64,000 bases of DNA from Trueperaceae bacterium. GTDB taxonomy: Bacteria > Deinococcota > Deinococci > Deinococcales > Trueperaceae. Location of the stretch: contig JAXHLW010000011.1 in NCBI GenBank assembly GCA_034521815.1, positions 24,312-88,311 of the forward strand, read 5' to 3'. Under the pieces are notes generated by a model. That model saw only the letters and a program-made list of their open reading frames with translations, did not search any database and had not been told where the DNA came from. Below, in pieces: positions 11,098 through 20,481 of the stretch (position 1 is its first letter; the number at the start of each line of letters is the position of its first letter). The position numbers were made by a program, and so were the translations under genes.

Positions 11098-12294
11098 TCA
11101 CTCGTAGCGAAGCGCCTCGATCGGGCTCAGCGACGCCGCACGGCGCGCCGGCCACACGCCGAACACGACGCCGGTCAGCACGCTGACCAGGAACGCCATG
11201 CCGACGACCCACGGGTTGATCACGAACACGTCCAGGAACGGCACGAGCTGCACGATCCCCCAAAGCGTGACCAGCGAGAGCGCCACCCCGATCGTCCCGC
11301 CGATCACGGTCAGCACGACCGCCTCGATCAGGAACTGTTGGAGGATCGTGCGCGGCGTGGCGCCGAGCGCCTTGCGCAGCCCGATCTCGCGGGTGCGCTC
11401 GGTGACGCTGACCAGCATGATGTTCAGGATCCCGATGCCGCCCACCAGCAGGCTGATCGCGCCGATCCCGCCCAGCAGGGCTTGCAAGATCACGGTGATG
11501 GTGTCGAACAACGACAGCGCGCCCTCGACCGTCTGGATCTGGTAGCTGTCCGGGGGGCGCCGGCGATCCAGGATCGAGCGGACCTGGTCCTCGACCGCAC
11601 CGGCGTCCCGGTCCAGGTCGATCGAGATCGGCAGGAAGTCGTACTCGCCCCGCGGCACGCCGGGGATGTCGCGATAGAACGCCTCCAACGGCACGTCGCC
11701 CGAGATGTCGTTCGCGAAGGTGCCCAGCGCACCCCCGATCGGCTCCTTGACGCCGATCACGGTGTACGTCGTGCGCGCGCCGCGTGCCTCGAGAAGAATC
11801 TCGCGCCCCACCGGATCGGGCTCGTCCTCGAACAGCTCCTGCCGGGCGTCGGCGGACAGCACGATGACCGCGGCGGCGCGGGCCGCGTCGCGCTCGTCGA
11901 AGTAGCGACCCTGAGCCAGCTCGATCGAGCGATCGACCTCGGGCGCGTCGGGGGTCGTGCCGTTCACCGTCACGCTCTCGCGAACATCGTCCACCACGGC
12001 CGTAACGCGCGTACTCTGCTGACGGAGGATCTGGATGGGCAGGCGCGAGAGCGCCTCGACATCGTCGTCCGTGAACCGTTCCGAATCCGGATCGTCGAAC
12101 ACCCGCTGCACGAACAGCGACTGCGAGCCGAACTCCTGGATCTCGGAGGTGATCCCCGCCGTGGCGATCTCGCCCAGGCTGACCGTCGCGGTGACGGCGA
12201 ACACGCCGATCACGACGCCCAGCAACGTCAGCAGCGAGCGGAGCCGGTTCTCGAACAGCGCCGACAGTGCGGTCCTCAGGTTCTCGAGCAGCAT
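11098..12294 (-). CDS. MacB-type ABC efflux permease (FtsX domain, 398 aa)
   Basis: Intact ORF: MLLENLRTALSALFENRLRSLLTLLGVVIGVFAV.., a large periplasmic loop, then the C-terminal FtsX text ..ERTREIGLRKALGATPRTILQQFLIEAVVLTVIGG..SLSPIEALRYE. Its start lies 1 nt after the ATPase stop. Confidence 0.9.
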   Translation of the reverse strand: MLLENLRTALSALFENRLRSLLTLLGVVIGVFAVTATVSLGEIATAGITSEIQEFGSQSLFVQRVFDDPDSERFTDDDVEALSRLPIQILRQQSTRVTAVVDDVRESVTVNGTTPDAPEVDRSIELAQGRYFDERDAARAAAVIVLSADARQELFEDEPDPVGREILLEARGARTTYTVIGVKEPIGGALGTFANDISGDVPLEAFYRDIPGVPRGEYDFLPISIDLDRDAGAVEDQVRSILDRRRPPDSYQIQTVEGALSLFDTITVILQALLGGIGAISLLVGGIGILNIMLVSVTERTREIGLRKALGATPRTILQQFLIEAVVLTVIGGTIGVALSLVTLWGIVQLVPFLDVFVINPWVVGMAFLVSVLTGVVFGVWPARRAASLSPIEALRYE

Positions 12295-12295
12295 C

Positions 12296-13090
12296 TCATC
12301 TCCCCCACCCGGTCGCGTCGTGCGCGGCGCCGGCGCGCGACTCGGCGGCGTCGCCGACGCTCGGGCGGCGTCGCTGGGCGACGACCTCGGACGACTCGAC
12401 CACGCCGTCGCGGATGTGGATGATCCGCTCGGTGTGCTCGGCGACCTCCTGCTCGTGCGTCACCATCAGGATCGTTCGGCCCTCGGCGTGCAGGGCGCCG
12501 AAGAGCGCCAGGATCTCCTGGCCGGTGCGCGAGTCCAGGTTGCCGGTGGGCTCGTCGGCCAGCAGGATGTCCGGCTCGGTCGCCAGCGCGCGTGCGATCG
12601 CCACGCGCTGCTTCTGACCGCCGGAAAGCTCGTTGGGCTTGTGGTGCAGCCGGTCGGCCAGCCCGACGCGCTCCAAGGCCTCCGTGGCGGTCGCACGCCG
12701 CGCCCGGGGGCCCAGCCCGCGGTACATGAGCGGGAGCGCGACGTTGTCGAGGGCCGACGACCTCGCCAGCAGGTTGTACGCCTGGAACACGAACCCGATG
12801 CGGTGGTTGCGGACCTGCGACAGGCGCTCCTCGCTCAGGTCGGCGACCTCCTCGCCCGCCAGCCGGTACGAGCCCTCGCTGGGCGCGTCGAGGCAGCCCA
12901 GGATCTGCAGCAGCGTGCTCTTTCCGGAGCCGGACGGACCCATGATGGCGGCGTACTCGCCCGCAAGCACCTCGAGATCCAGGCCCCGAAGCGCATGCAC
13001 CTCGACGTCGGCACCCAGACGGTAGATCTTGCGGAGGCCGCGCGCCTCGATGACCGGTGTGCTGCCGCTCGCCTCCTCCTCGGCCGTCAT
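12296..13090 (-). CDS. ABC transporter ATP-binding protein, MacB/LolD type (264 aa)
   Basis: C-terminal part of ORF 12296..14434(-), starting at the internal ATG 13090 (MTAEEEASGSTPVIEARGLRKIY). Walker A GPSGSGKST, signature LSGGQKQRVAIARAL, Walker B ILLADEPTGNLD. ATGA overlap with the adaptor stop. Confidence 0.92.
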   Translation of the reverse strand: MTAEEEASGSTPVIEARGLRKIYRLGADVEVHALRGLDLEVLAGEYAAIMGPSGSGKSTLLQILGCLDAPSEGSYRLAGEEVADLSEERLSQVRNHRIGFVFQAYNLLARSSALDNVALPLMYRGLGPRARRATATEALERVGLADRLHHKPNELSGGQKQRVAIARALATEPDILLADEPTGNLDSRTGQEILALFGALHAEGRTILMVTHEQEVAEHTERIIHIRDGVVESSEVVAQRRRPSVGDAAESRAGAAHDATGWGR

Positions 13091-14434
13091 GATCCGCCTG
13101 GCGGCGTGAACCGCACCGGCGCGCCGTCCTCGAGCTCGTCGATGCCGACGACCGCGAGCGTGTCGCCGTCCGACAGGCCTTCCGTGTCGGCGGGGTCCAC
13201 CGCTGCGACGGTGGCGTTTCGGTCCACCGGATCGACCCGGACCCGTCGGGCGGTTCCGGCGCCCGGCTCGTCGGCCGCATCGATGCGGAACACGAAGCTG
13301 TCGCCGTCCTCGTCCTCGGTGATCGCCTCGAGCGGGATCAGGAGCATGTCCGCGAGGTCCGCGATCCGGACCCGGGCGGTGACCGTGTAGCCCGGACGGA
13401 CGGCCACGTCGCCCTGGAGCGCGGCCGCTCCGAACGCGAGCATCACCTCGACCTGGGCGCTGCCCGCCTCGCGGGCGGCCACCGGCGAGAGCCGGACGAC
13501 CTCGGCGGGAAGGCGCAGGCGCGTGTCGGCGTCCGGCACGATGGCGGCCGGAAGCCCCACGGCCAGCTCGGCGGCGCGGTTCTCGTCGAACGAGGCGCGG
13601 ATCCGCAGATCGCTCGGATCGGCGATCGTCACGACCGACTGCGTCCCGGTCGCGTCGCCCTCCTCCACCGCGAGCGTCGCCACGACGCCACCGAACGGCG
13701 CCGTCAGAACGGCGTCGTCGATGCGGGCCTGCAGGTTCGCGAGGTCGGTCTCGAGCCGAGCGACGTTCGCCTCGGCGCTGGCGCGCTGCGCAGCTGCCAG
13801 CGAGCGCTGATTGGAGAGGCGGCTGCGCGCCGCCGCGAGGCTCAGCTCGGCCTGCTCCAACGCCCTCGCGGCCGAGTCGCGCGCGTCGCTCACGTCGCGA
13901 AGCTCGTCGCGCGAGGCGGCGCCGAGCTCCAACAGCCGTTGGACCCGCTCGACGTCCGCTTCGCGGCTTCGCAGCTCGGCGACGGCTTGCAGGCGCCGGT
14001 CTTCGCCCTGCACGACCACCGATTCGGCGTCGAGCCGGTCGACGTTCAGCTGCGCCAGCGTCCGCTCGAGCTCGGCGCGAGCCGACTGCAGCGAGGCGCG
14101 TGTGGACGCCACGTTGCGCTCCAGCTCGGCGACGTCCAGACGGATCAGCGGCTGTCCCTCGCTCACCGCGTCGCCTTCCTCGACCAGGACGCCCGAGACG
14201 GTGCCGCCGGCGCTGAACGCGAGCCCACGTTCGCGCGTCGCCTCGATCGTCCCGCTGCCGGTCACCTCCCGAACGAAGCGGCCGCTCTCGACCGGCTCGA
14301 CCACGACCTGCTGGGCCGGCGCTCCGCCGCGGCCCCGGAGCGCGACCGGTGGCGACGGCCGCGCTCGCGATCACGATCAGGACGATCCAGATGACGCGGC
14401 GGCGACGCCGTCGCGGACGGTTCTCACGGCTCAT
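13087..14434 (-). pseudogene. HlyD/MacA-family periplasmic efflux adaptor with one frame break near 14346
   Basis: The N-terminal anchor MSRENRPRRRRRRVIWIVLIVIASAAVAT is in the frame starting at 14434. The rest (..ALRGRGGAPAQQVVVEPVESGRFVREVTGSGTIEA.., ORF 13087-14304) is one base out of phase. Removing one base of the CC/GG run at about 14346-14349 joins them. Coiled-coil and beta-barrel adaptor text follows. Confidence 0.85.
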
Positions 14435-15552
14435 GACCCTGCCCCGAGAATCGTCGCCTCGAGCGAGCGGAGCGCGTCGGCCAGCCCGTTGCGTGCGACA
14501 CGAGCCTCGGCCGTCCGGCGCAGCAGGTCCAGCCGGGCCCTTTCCAACGCGACCTCGGCGATCGACCCCGCCTCGAAGCGGACGCTGGCGACCCGCACGT
14601 CCTCCTCGGCGGTCGCGACCTGCTCGCGGGCGCTGGCCAGCCGACCCTCGGCGGCCAGCACGGCGTTGTGCGCCTGCCGAACGGCCAGCGTGAGGCTGCT
14701 CTGCAGATCGTCGGTCCGGAGCCGGGCCGAGGCCAGCCGGTCGCGCGCGGCCTCGATGTCCGCGCGCGCCACGGTGAACGCGACGTCGACGGCCTCGAGG
14801 CGCGCCTGGGCCACCACGACCGCGCGACGGGACGAGCGCAGCGACGCGTTCTCGTCCAGGCGGGACGTCGCCGCGTCCAGGTCCGGCACGACCGGCTCAC
14901 GGTCGGCGCCTTCGAGGGTCGGAAGGTCGCCGACCGCGCCCAGGCGCACCGCCAGCCGATCGAGGGCCAGCTCGAGCGCCTGACCGGCGTCGCGCAGGTC
15001 GCGCTCGGCGCTTCGGACGACGTCCTGAGCGCGCGCCACGTCGCTCTCCGTGGCGGCGCCCGCTTCCAGCCGGATCTCGGCGGCGCGCGCCTCGACGCGA
15101 GCGATACGCAGCGCCACCTCGGCGATGGCCACGGAGTCCTGCGCCTCCAACGCCGCCTCGAAGGCGTCCGCGGCCGCGTCCCGCGCGGACGATTCGGCGT
15201 TTCGAAGCGCGTCTCGGGCCGCCTCGACGTCGTGCCGCGCGGTCAGCGTCGGCACGCGCAGGCTGGTGGGATCCGCCTCGACCCGCGCGGCCTCGCGCTG
15301 GGCCGCGTCCAGGTCGAGTCGCGCCGTACGGACCTCGGCCGACGCCTGGACGGCCCGGTCCATGGCGGTGGCGAGGTCCAGAGCCTCGGCGGGCGCCTGG
15401 CCCCTTGCCGGAGCGAGCATCGGAACGAGCAGCACCAGGCCGAGAAGCAGGCTCAGAAAGCGAGGCACGACTCGGTCGAGCGCGGTTCGGTCAGGCGCGA
15501 TGCGGTCGGGCGCGATGCGATGGGTCACGGTTCGGTCGGTCATCACGGTCAC
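14431..15552 (-). CDS. TolC-family outer membrane efflux protein (short, about 370 aa)
   Basis: ORF 14431..15552(-). Signal-like FLSLLLGLVLLVPMLAPARGQAP, then Ala/Arg/Glu-rich coiled repeats typical of OMF proteins. Start is GTG 15552 (GTGA overlap with the upstream stop) or ATG 15543. ATGA overlap with the adaptor start. Confidence 0.8.
   Translation of the reverse strand: MTVMTDRTVTHRIAPDRIAPDRTALDRVVPRFLSLLLGLVLLVPMLAPARGQAPAEALDLATAMDRAVQASAEVRTARLDLDAAQREAARVEADPTSLRVPTLTARHDVEAARDALRNAESSARDAAADAFEAALEAQDSVAIAEVALRIARVEARAAEIRLEAGAATESDVARAQDVVRSAERDLRDAGQALELALDRLAVRLGAVGDLPTLEGADREPVVPDLDAATSRLDENASLRSSRRAVVVAQARLEAVDVAFTVARADIEAARDRLASARLRTDDLQSSLTLAVRQAHNAVLAAEGRLASAREQVATAEEDVRVASVRFEAGSIAEVALERARLDLLRRTAEARVARNGLADALRSLEATILGAGS
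15473..15532 (-). repeat. Imperfect 15-bp tandem repeat x4 at the 5' end of the short TolC-like gene
   Basis: cggtcgagcgcggtt / cggtcaggcgcgatg / cggtcgggcgcgatg / cgatgggtcacggtt. Encodes DR-x-x-x pentapeptides (TDRTVTHRIAPDRIAPDRTALDR) ahead of the signal sequence. Confidence 0.6.
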
Positions 15553-16991
15553 TCCAGGCTCTCAGGGTCGACGGCGAGTGCGTCGAGGAGGCGGAACACG
15601 GCGAGGCGAAGGTCGTCCACGGCCCGGTCGGCGTCCAGGTCGGCGCGGCGCGTCTCGAGCTCGGCTCGAAGGACGGCCGCTTCGGAGGCGGCACCGGCCT
15701 GGGCCCGCAGCCGCACGACGCGTTCGGTCTCGCGCTGCAGCTCGGCCGCGCGTCGAGCCAGCTCGGCCAGCTCGGTGGCCACCTCGACGTCCGCGTAGGC
15801 CCGGTCGACGGCGATCCGGGCACGATCCGATACGCTAGCGCTGCGCACGCGAGCCTGCTCTTGGCCCGCCCTGACGGCGGACAAGGCGTCGGGCAGCGCG
15901 GGGCTGAACGGGATCTCGACCCGGACGCCGATCTCGAAGCGGCTGAGCGAGCCACCCGAGCCGACGCCCTGCACGCCGTCGTCCGGATCGAACGACGCGC
16001 TCAGGCTGGGCGCCAGGCGGTCGCTGTCGATCGACGCGCCCAAGCTGAACGATCGGTCCTCGTCGCCCCTCGTGAACCCGGTCTCGAGCGAGAGCGTGGG
16101 CAGGACGTCCCGGACGGACGCGGCCGCGCTGCGATCGGCCTCGGCGACGTCACGCAGGGCTGCCCGAACATCCGGCCGCCCGGCCCACGCCTCGTCGCTC
16201 CGCTCCGAAAGGGCGGGGGGCGCTGGAAGCGGCCCTTGCGGCGAAGGCACCTGTCGTCCGAGCACCGTTTCGAGCGCCCGTCGCGCCAGCGCGAGCTGCC
16301 GCAAGGCGGCGTCCCGACTCTGCCGAGCCCTCGCCAGGGCCAGCTCGGCCTCGGCGACGTCCAGGTCGCTCGCGGCTCCCGCCCTCAGGCGTTGGCGCAC
16401 GGCGTCGGCCTCCAAGGCGGCCAGCGTCGCCTCGTCCTCCGCCAACGCGACCGCGGTGCGAGCCCGAATCACCGTCTGGAACGCCTCCACCGCGTCGATC
16501 CGAGCGGATCGCGACGCCGCGGCCAGGTCGTCCCGCGCCGCAGCGACGGACGCCCGGGCCCGTGCCAGCTCGTCCGCCCCGGCGCCGCGCAGCGCCGGAT
16601 CGATGCGCACCGTCAGGCCGATCGGCGCCACGTCGCCTCCGCCGAGGTCCTCCGCAGGGGCGCCGTCGGACGACACGAGCGATCCCACGCGACGGTCGTA
16701 GCCACCGGAGAGGAGAAGATCGAGCGGCACGGCGGTCGCCGACGCTTGGAAGGCGGCCCGTTCCAGCGCCAACGACGCCACCCGGACGCTGGGCGCGTCG
16801 TCCACGAGCCTCAGCAGCTCCGCGTAGCCCAGCGTCTCGCCGACGGCGGGCCCATCCTGAGCGTGAACGCCGGCCGCGACGACCACGAGGGCGACGACGA
16901 CGAGAAGCAGGCGTGCGGGTCCAGCGACGTGGCCACCGCCACGGCCCCGGGGAGGCGGCGGCTCGGTGACGAAGATCGGGTCTTGCAGCAC
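15549..16991 (-). CDS. TolC-family outer membrane efflux protein (about 480 aa)
   Basis: Terminal part of ORF 15549..18581(-). Contains ..GPARLLLVVVALVVVAAGVHAQDGP.. (signal), then two OMF-like repeat halves (..LSLETGFTRGDEDRSFSLGASI..; ..RAELETRRADLDADRAVDDLRLAVFRLLDAL). The start is uncertain: in-frame GTG 16991 or ATG 17096. Confidence 0.75.
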   Translation of the reverse strand: MLQDPIFVTEPPPPRGRGGGHVAGPARLLLVVVALVVVAAGVHAQDGPAVGETLGYAELLRLVDDAPSVRVASLALERAAFQASATAVPLDLLLSGGYDRRVGSLVSSDGAPAEDLGGGDVAPIGLTVRIDPALRGAGADELARARASVAAARDDLAAASRSARIDAVEAFQTVIRARTAVALAEDEATLAALEADAVRQRLRAGAASDLDVAEAELALARARQSRDAALRQLALARRALETVLGRQVPSPQGPLPAPPALSERSDEAWAGRPDVRAALRDVAEADRSAAASVRDVLPTLSLETGFTRGDEDRSFSLGASIDSDRLAPSLSASFDPDDGVQGVGSGGSLSRFEIGVRVEIPFSPALPDALSAVRAGQEQARVRSASVSDRARIAVDRAYADVEVATELAELARRAAELQRETERVVRLRAQAGAASEAAVLRAELETRRADLDADRAVDDLRLAVFRLLDALAVDPESLE

Positions 16992-17161
16992 GATGGAACT
17001 CCGTTCAGGGGGCTCGAGGTGGCGCACGAAGCGCGCAGAGGGGCGTGCGGCGATCGCCACGAGACCGTATCGCCACGAGACCGTAGGGACGAGCATGACG
17101 GATGGATCGGCCGCCGTCCTCCACCCTCCGACGGAGACGGGACCGACAGCGGCACCGGAGC

Positions 17162-18349
17162 TCAGCCCAACACGTCCCGGTGGCGACGGAACACGTGAAC
17201 CGCCAGCAGCGCGGCAGGCACCAGGAACGCATAGCTCGTCGCCAACGCCGGCACGATGCCGACCGCCTGCTGAAGCGCGCCGAAGGCGACGTACGCCACC
17301 CCGGCCACGCCCCAGGTGAAGCCCATCAGCATGCCCGACGCCGTCGCGACCGCGTTGGGCGCCAGATCCTGTGCACTGAGCACCAGCAGCGGGATCGGCG
17401 CGTTCGTGAATCCTCCTGCGGCGGCCACCACGAGGTAGAACGCGACGGTGCCGGGCGTGAGCACGAGCGTGAGCAGCATCAGCGGCAAGGCCAGCGTCAT
17501 CGCGCCGACGATCAGTCGGCCACGACCGACGTACGGCTCCAACGAGCCGGCGATCACCAGCCCCGCCGACGCCGCGATCTGGTACGTGGCCAGCGTGAAG
17601 CCCAGGATGCCGGCGTCCGCCGCGAAGCCACGCACGTTCACCAGGTACAGGGGCATGGCGTTCAGGAAGCTGATGTAGGCGACGGCCCGAAGAATGCCGA
17701 CCCCTGCCAGCAGGCCCACCGGACCGGCGAACAGCTCGCGGTCGAACAGCTTGGGCCTCGCGTGACGTTCCGGCCGGGTCTGCTCCGGCGCGAGCGTCAA
17801 CAGCGCGACGCCCAGCACCACCCCGATCGGAGCGAGCCACGGGATCGCCCAAGGCCCGTAGCTGCGCAGCAGCCACAGCGCGACGACCGGCATGACCGCC
17901 GACCCCAGCGGACCGCCCGAGCCGAACACGCCGATCGCCAGGCCCTTGCGTTTGCCCGCCTGCCGCGCCATGGACGCGGCGGCCGGATGGAACAGCGCCG
18001 ATCCGAGACCGCCGATCGCGAGGACCAGGAACAGCGCCCAGACGGTCGGCACGACCACGAGCAGGCTCATCAGCGAGGAGCCGACGATCAACCCCGCCGC
18101 GGCGGCGCGGCGGCGGCCCCAGCGGTCCGCCAGCGCTCCCGCGAACGCCTGCAGCACGTTCGACGAGAACGAGATCAGGGCGACGAATCCGGCCAGCGCC
18201 GCCTCGCCCAGGCCGAAGCGGATCTGGAGGGTCGGCAGGAACACCGGCAGGATGTTCGCGAAGGCGTCGTTGACGGCGTGCGCCGTGGTGAGCAGGACCG
18301 TCAGGCCGGCGGCCCCCAGGGCGGTGCGGCGAGCGACGAGACGCGTCAT
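17162..18349 (-). CDS. MFS transporter (395 aa)
   Basis: ORF 17162..18574(-), with the likely start at internal ATG 18349 (MTRLVARRTALGAAGLTVLLTTAHAVND..). About twelve hydrophobic segments and the MFS loop motif ALADRWGRRR. Confidence 0.85.
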   Translation of the reverse strand: MTRLVARRTALGAAGLTVLLTTAHAVNDAFANILPVFLPTLQIRFGLGEAALAGFVALISFSSNVLQAFAGALADRWGRRRAAAAGLIVGSSLMSLLVVVPTVWALFLVLAIGGLGSALFHPAAASMARQAGKRKGLAIGVFGSGGPLGSAVMPVVALWLLRSYGPWAIPWLAPIGVVLGVALLTLAPEQTRPERHARPKLFDRELFAGPVGLLAGVGILRAVAYISFLNAMPLYLVNVRGFAADAGILGFTLATYQIAASAGLVIAGSLEPYVGRGRLIVGAMTLALPLMLLTLVLTPGTVAFYLVVAAAGGFTNAPIPLLVLSAQDLAPNAVATASGMLMGFTWGVAGVAYVAFGALQQAVGIVPALATSYAFLVPAALLAVHVFRRHRDVLG

Positions 18350-18572
18350 CCGCGCAGTGTACGCAGGAACGCTGCGAGCCGCTCGTACGTCGGCGACGAC
18401 GGGCACCCCGGCCAGGACTCGTCGGCCGGGACTCGTCGGTCGCCGGGGACGGTCGACGTCGGTCGTTCTCCGGCATACGCTCCGCCGTGCACGCGCTACG
18501 CGTGGGTGCGGCTCGCTCGCGCCAGGCGCTGGCCTGCGCAGACGCGGTGCGGAGCCTTCGGAGGTCGCCTTC

Positions 18573-19535
18573 ATGATCCATCCTCGCTACGTTCGCGTCT
18601 TTCTCACCCTCTCCCTCGCCTCGCTCTGCCTCGTCGCCACGGCGTCCCTCGAGCCGCTACTTCTCGGCGGCCGTCACGAGCTGGCTGCGGCCGAGACGCA
18701 CGATGGCACGGTGACGGTGATCGCCGGCGACCTGACGATCGCGGCGGGCGCCCGCCTGGACGGCGCGCTGACCCTGATCGGCGGCCGGCTGGCGCTGCTC
18801 GGCACGGTGGACGGCACGGTCCACGCGTACGGCGCGACGGTCGAGCTGCGCGACGGCTCGCGCATCGGCGGCTCGCTGGAGCTCACAGCGTCGGAGCTGG
18901 TGCGCGACGGGGGCTCGGTGGTGACCGGCGCCGTCCATCGCGACGCGGACTGGCGTGTGGACATCGACGTTCCGCGCGACTGGGAGCGCGCCCTGCCCCG
19001 CGGCCGCACGCTGCCTTGGACGGTCCCCACCGCCGCGGTCGGTACGGACCTGCAGGCGTTCTGGATCGTGCTGCAGGCCGGGCTGATGGCGCTCCTCGCG
19101 TTCGTGCTGGCGCGCCTGGCGCCGTTCCGGCTGGACCGGATCGGCGACGCGGTCGTGGGCGACCCGGTCCGAGCTGGGCTGAGCGGTCTGCTGGCCGCCG
19201 TGGTGACGGCGCTGGCCGCCGCGCTGCTGGCCGTCACCCTGATCGGCATCCCGGTCGCGATGCTGGTGGCCCTGGCCGCGTGGCTGGCGACGCTGCTGGG
19301 CTTGGCCGCGATGGCGGACCGGCTGGGCCAGCGGACGTGGCCCGAGGGCCGCGACCGGGGAGCCCGCGCCGCCCTGGGCGGATTCCTGTTGGGCCTCGGA
19401 TGGGCGGCGCTGGCCTTCGTTCCGATCCTGGGCGGTCCCGTCCGCTCGGTCGCTGGCCTGGTCGCGCTCGGCGCCGTCGTCCGCACCCGCGTGGGAGAGG
19501 GATCGCGACGGCCGGCGACGTCCCCTGAGCGCTGA
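18573..19535 (+). CDS. Membrane-anchored protein with a bactofilin-like (polymer-forming, beta-helical repeat) N-terminal domain (320 aa)
   Basis: In-frame ATG 18573 within ORF 17892..19535(+), with GGAGG upstream. Signal-like MIHPRYVRVFLTLSLASLCLVATA. Repeats GDLTIAAGARLDGALTLIGGRLALLGTVDGTVHAYGATVELRDGSRIGGSLEL. About four C-terminal TM helices. Confidence 0.7.
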   Translation: MIHPRYVRVFLTLSLASLCLVATASLEPLLLGGRHELAAAETHDGTVTVIAGDLTIAAGARLDGALTLIGGRLALLGTVDGTVHAYGATVELRDGSRIGGSLELTASELVRDGGSVVTGAVHRDADWRVDIDVPRDWERALPRGRTLPWTVPTAAVGTDLQAFWIVLQAGLMALLAFVLARLAPFRLDRIGDAVVGDPVRAGLSGLLAAVVTALAAALLAVTLIGIPVAMLVALAAWLATLLGLAAMADRLGQRTWPEGRDRGARAALGGFLLGLGWAALAFVPILGGPVRSVAGLVALGAVVRTRVGEGSRRPATSPER

Positions 19536-19543
19536 GGCGCGCC

Positions 19544-20326
19544 TCAGCGGCTCGCGGTGGTCTGATTGACGCTGAACACGGCTCCGAACGGGTCGGTGAC
19601 GACCGCGATCCGACCGTACTCGGTGTCGAACGGGCGCACGGAGACCGTGCCGCCCGCCTCTTCGGCCGTACGGGCGGCGGCGTCGCAATCCTCGACCTCG
19701 AAGTACGGCATCCAGTGCGGGGGCACGCCCTCCCACTCGGCGGTCATCTCGAGAATGCCGGCCACCGCCTCGTCGTCCTTCCAGAGCACGTAGTACACGG
19801 TCGGGACGGCGTCGCTCTCCAGCCGGCGGGCCTCGACGCCCATCAGCGCTTGGTAGAACGCCCGCGCGGTCTCGCCGTCGGGCACGTTCACCTCGCACCA
19901 GCCCATCGTTCCGTGCTCGTGCGTGACGCCGAACCCGTCGTGCGCCAACGGCTGCCATAGCCCGAACACCGCGCCTCCGGGGTCTTTGGCGATCGCCATG
20001 TGGCCCATGCCGGGCACCTCCATCGGTCCGTCCAGCACCGATCCCCCGAGCTCGGTCACGCGGTCGGCCATCGCCGCGGCGTCCCCGGCCGCGAGGTACA
20101 CCGTCCAGGCGGGCGGCGTCGTCGCACCGTCGGGCCGCTGTCCGATCCCCGCCGCGGAACGTCCGTCGACGAGCGCCATGTGGTAGTGCCCGTACTCGGG
20201 GCCGCTGACGTCGTACGTCCAGCCGAACAGCCGAGCGTAGAACGCTGCGGCCTCCGCGGCGTCGGGCGCGACCAGATCGAACCAGCAGGGGGTGCCAGGC
20301 GTAGGTGCTCGGTCGTGACGGGTCAT
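19544..20326 (-). CDS. VOC-family (glyoxalase/bleomycin-resistance fold) two-domain protein (260 aa)
   Basis: ORF 19544..20518(-). Start at internal ATG 20326, preceded by AAGGAGG. Text MTRHDRAPTPGTPCWFDLVAPD..FYARLFGW..GHMAIAKDPGGAVFGLWQ..WMPYFEVED..GRIAVVTDPFGAVFSV. Confidence 0.85.
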   Translation of the reverse strand: MTRHDRAPTPGTPCWFDLVAPDAAEAAAFYARLFGWTYDVSGPEYGHYHMALVDGRSAAGIGQRPDGATTPPAWTVYLAAGDAAAMADRVTELGGSVLDGPMEVPGMGHMAIAKDPGGAVFGLWQPLAHDGFGVTHEHGTMGWCEVNVPDGETARAFYQALMGVEARRLESDAVPTVYYVLWKDDEAVAGILEMTAEWEGVPPHWMPYFEVEDCDAAARTAEEAGGTVSVRPFDTEYGRIAVVTDPFGAVFSVNQTTASR

Positions 20327-20343
20327 GATGGTGTCCTCCTTCG

Positions 20344-20359
20344 TCCCGGAGCTCCGGGA
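20344..20359. promoter_or_regulatory. Perfect 16-nt palindrome in the divergent VOC / diguanylate-cyclase intergenic region
   Basis: tcccggagctccggga, 18 nt upstream of the VOC start codon. Possible operator or 5'-UTR hairpin; no family assigned. Confidence 0.3.
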
Positions 20360-20481
20360 GGCCAGCCTACGCTGCGGCGCGCCGGCGCGCCGTGCGACCG
20401 TACGTCGCCCGATCGTCACGACGCGCGCTGGCATCGCACATGTATACGCGCCCTGCCCGTTCGCCGTAGACTGCTCGGACG

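Noticed and set aside
20325-20481. Track start MMVSSFVPEL.. (20325) as the true start of the PAS-GAF-GGDEF protein.
   Set aside because: It would overlap the divergent VOC gene start and its RBS, and it encodes Arg/Ala-rich text with no domain. The first PAS text begins near 20540. The likelier start is an ATG in the adjacent frame plus a 1-nt indel.
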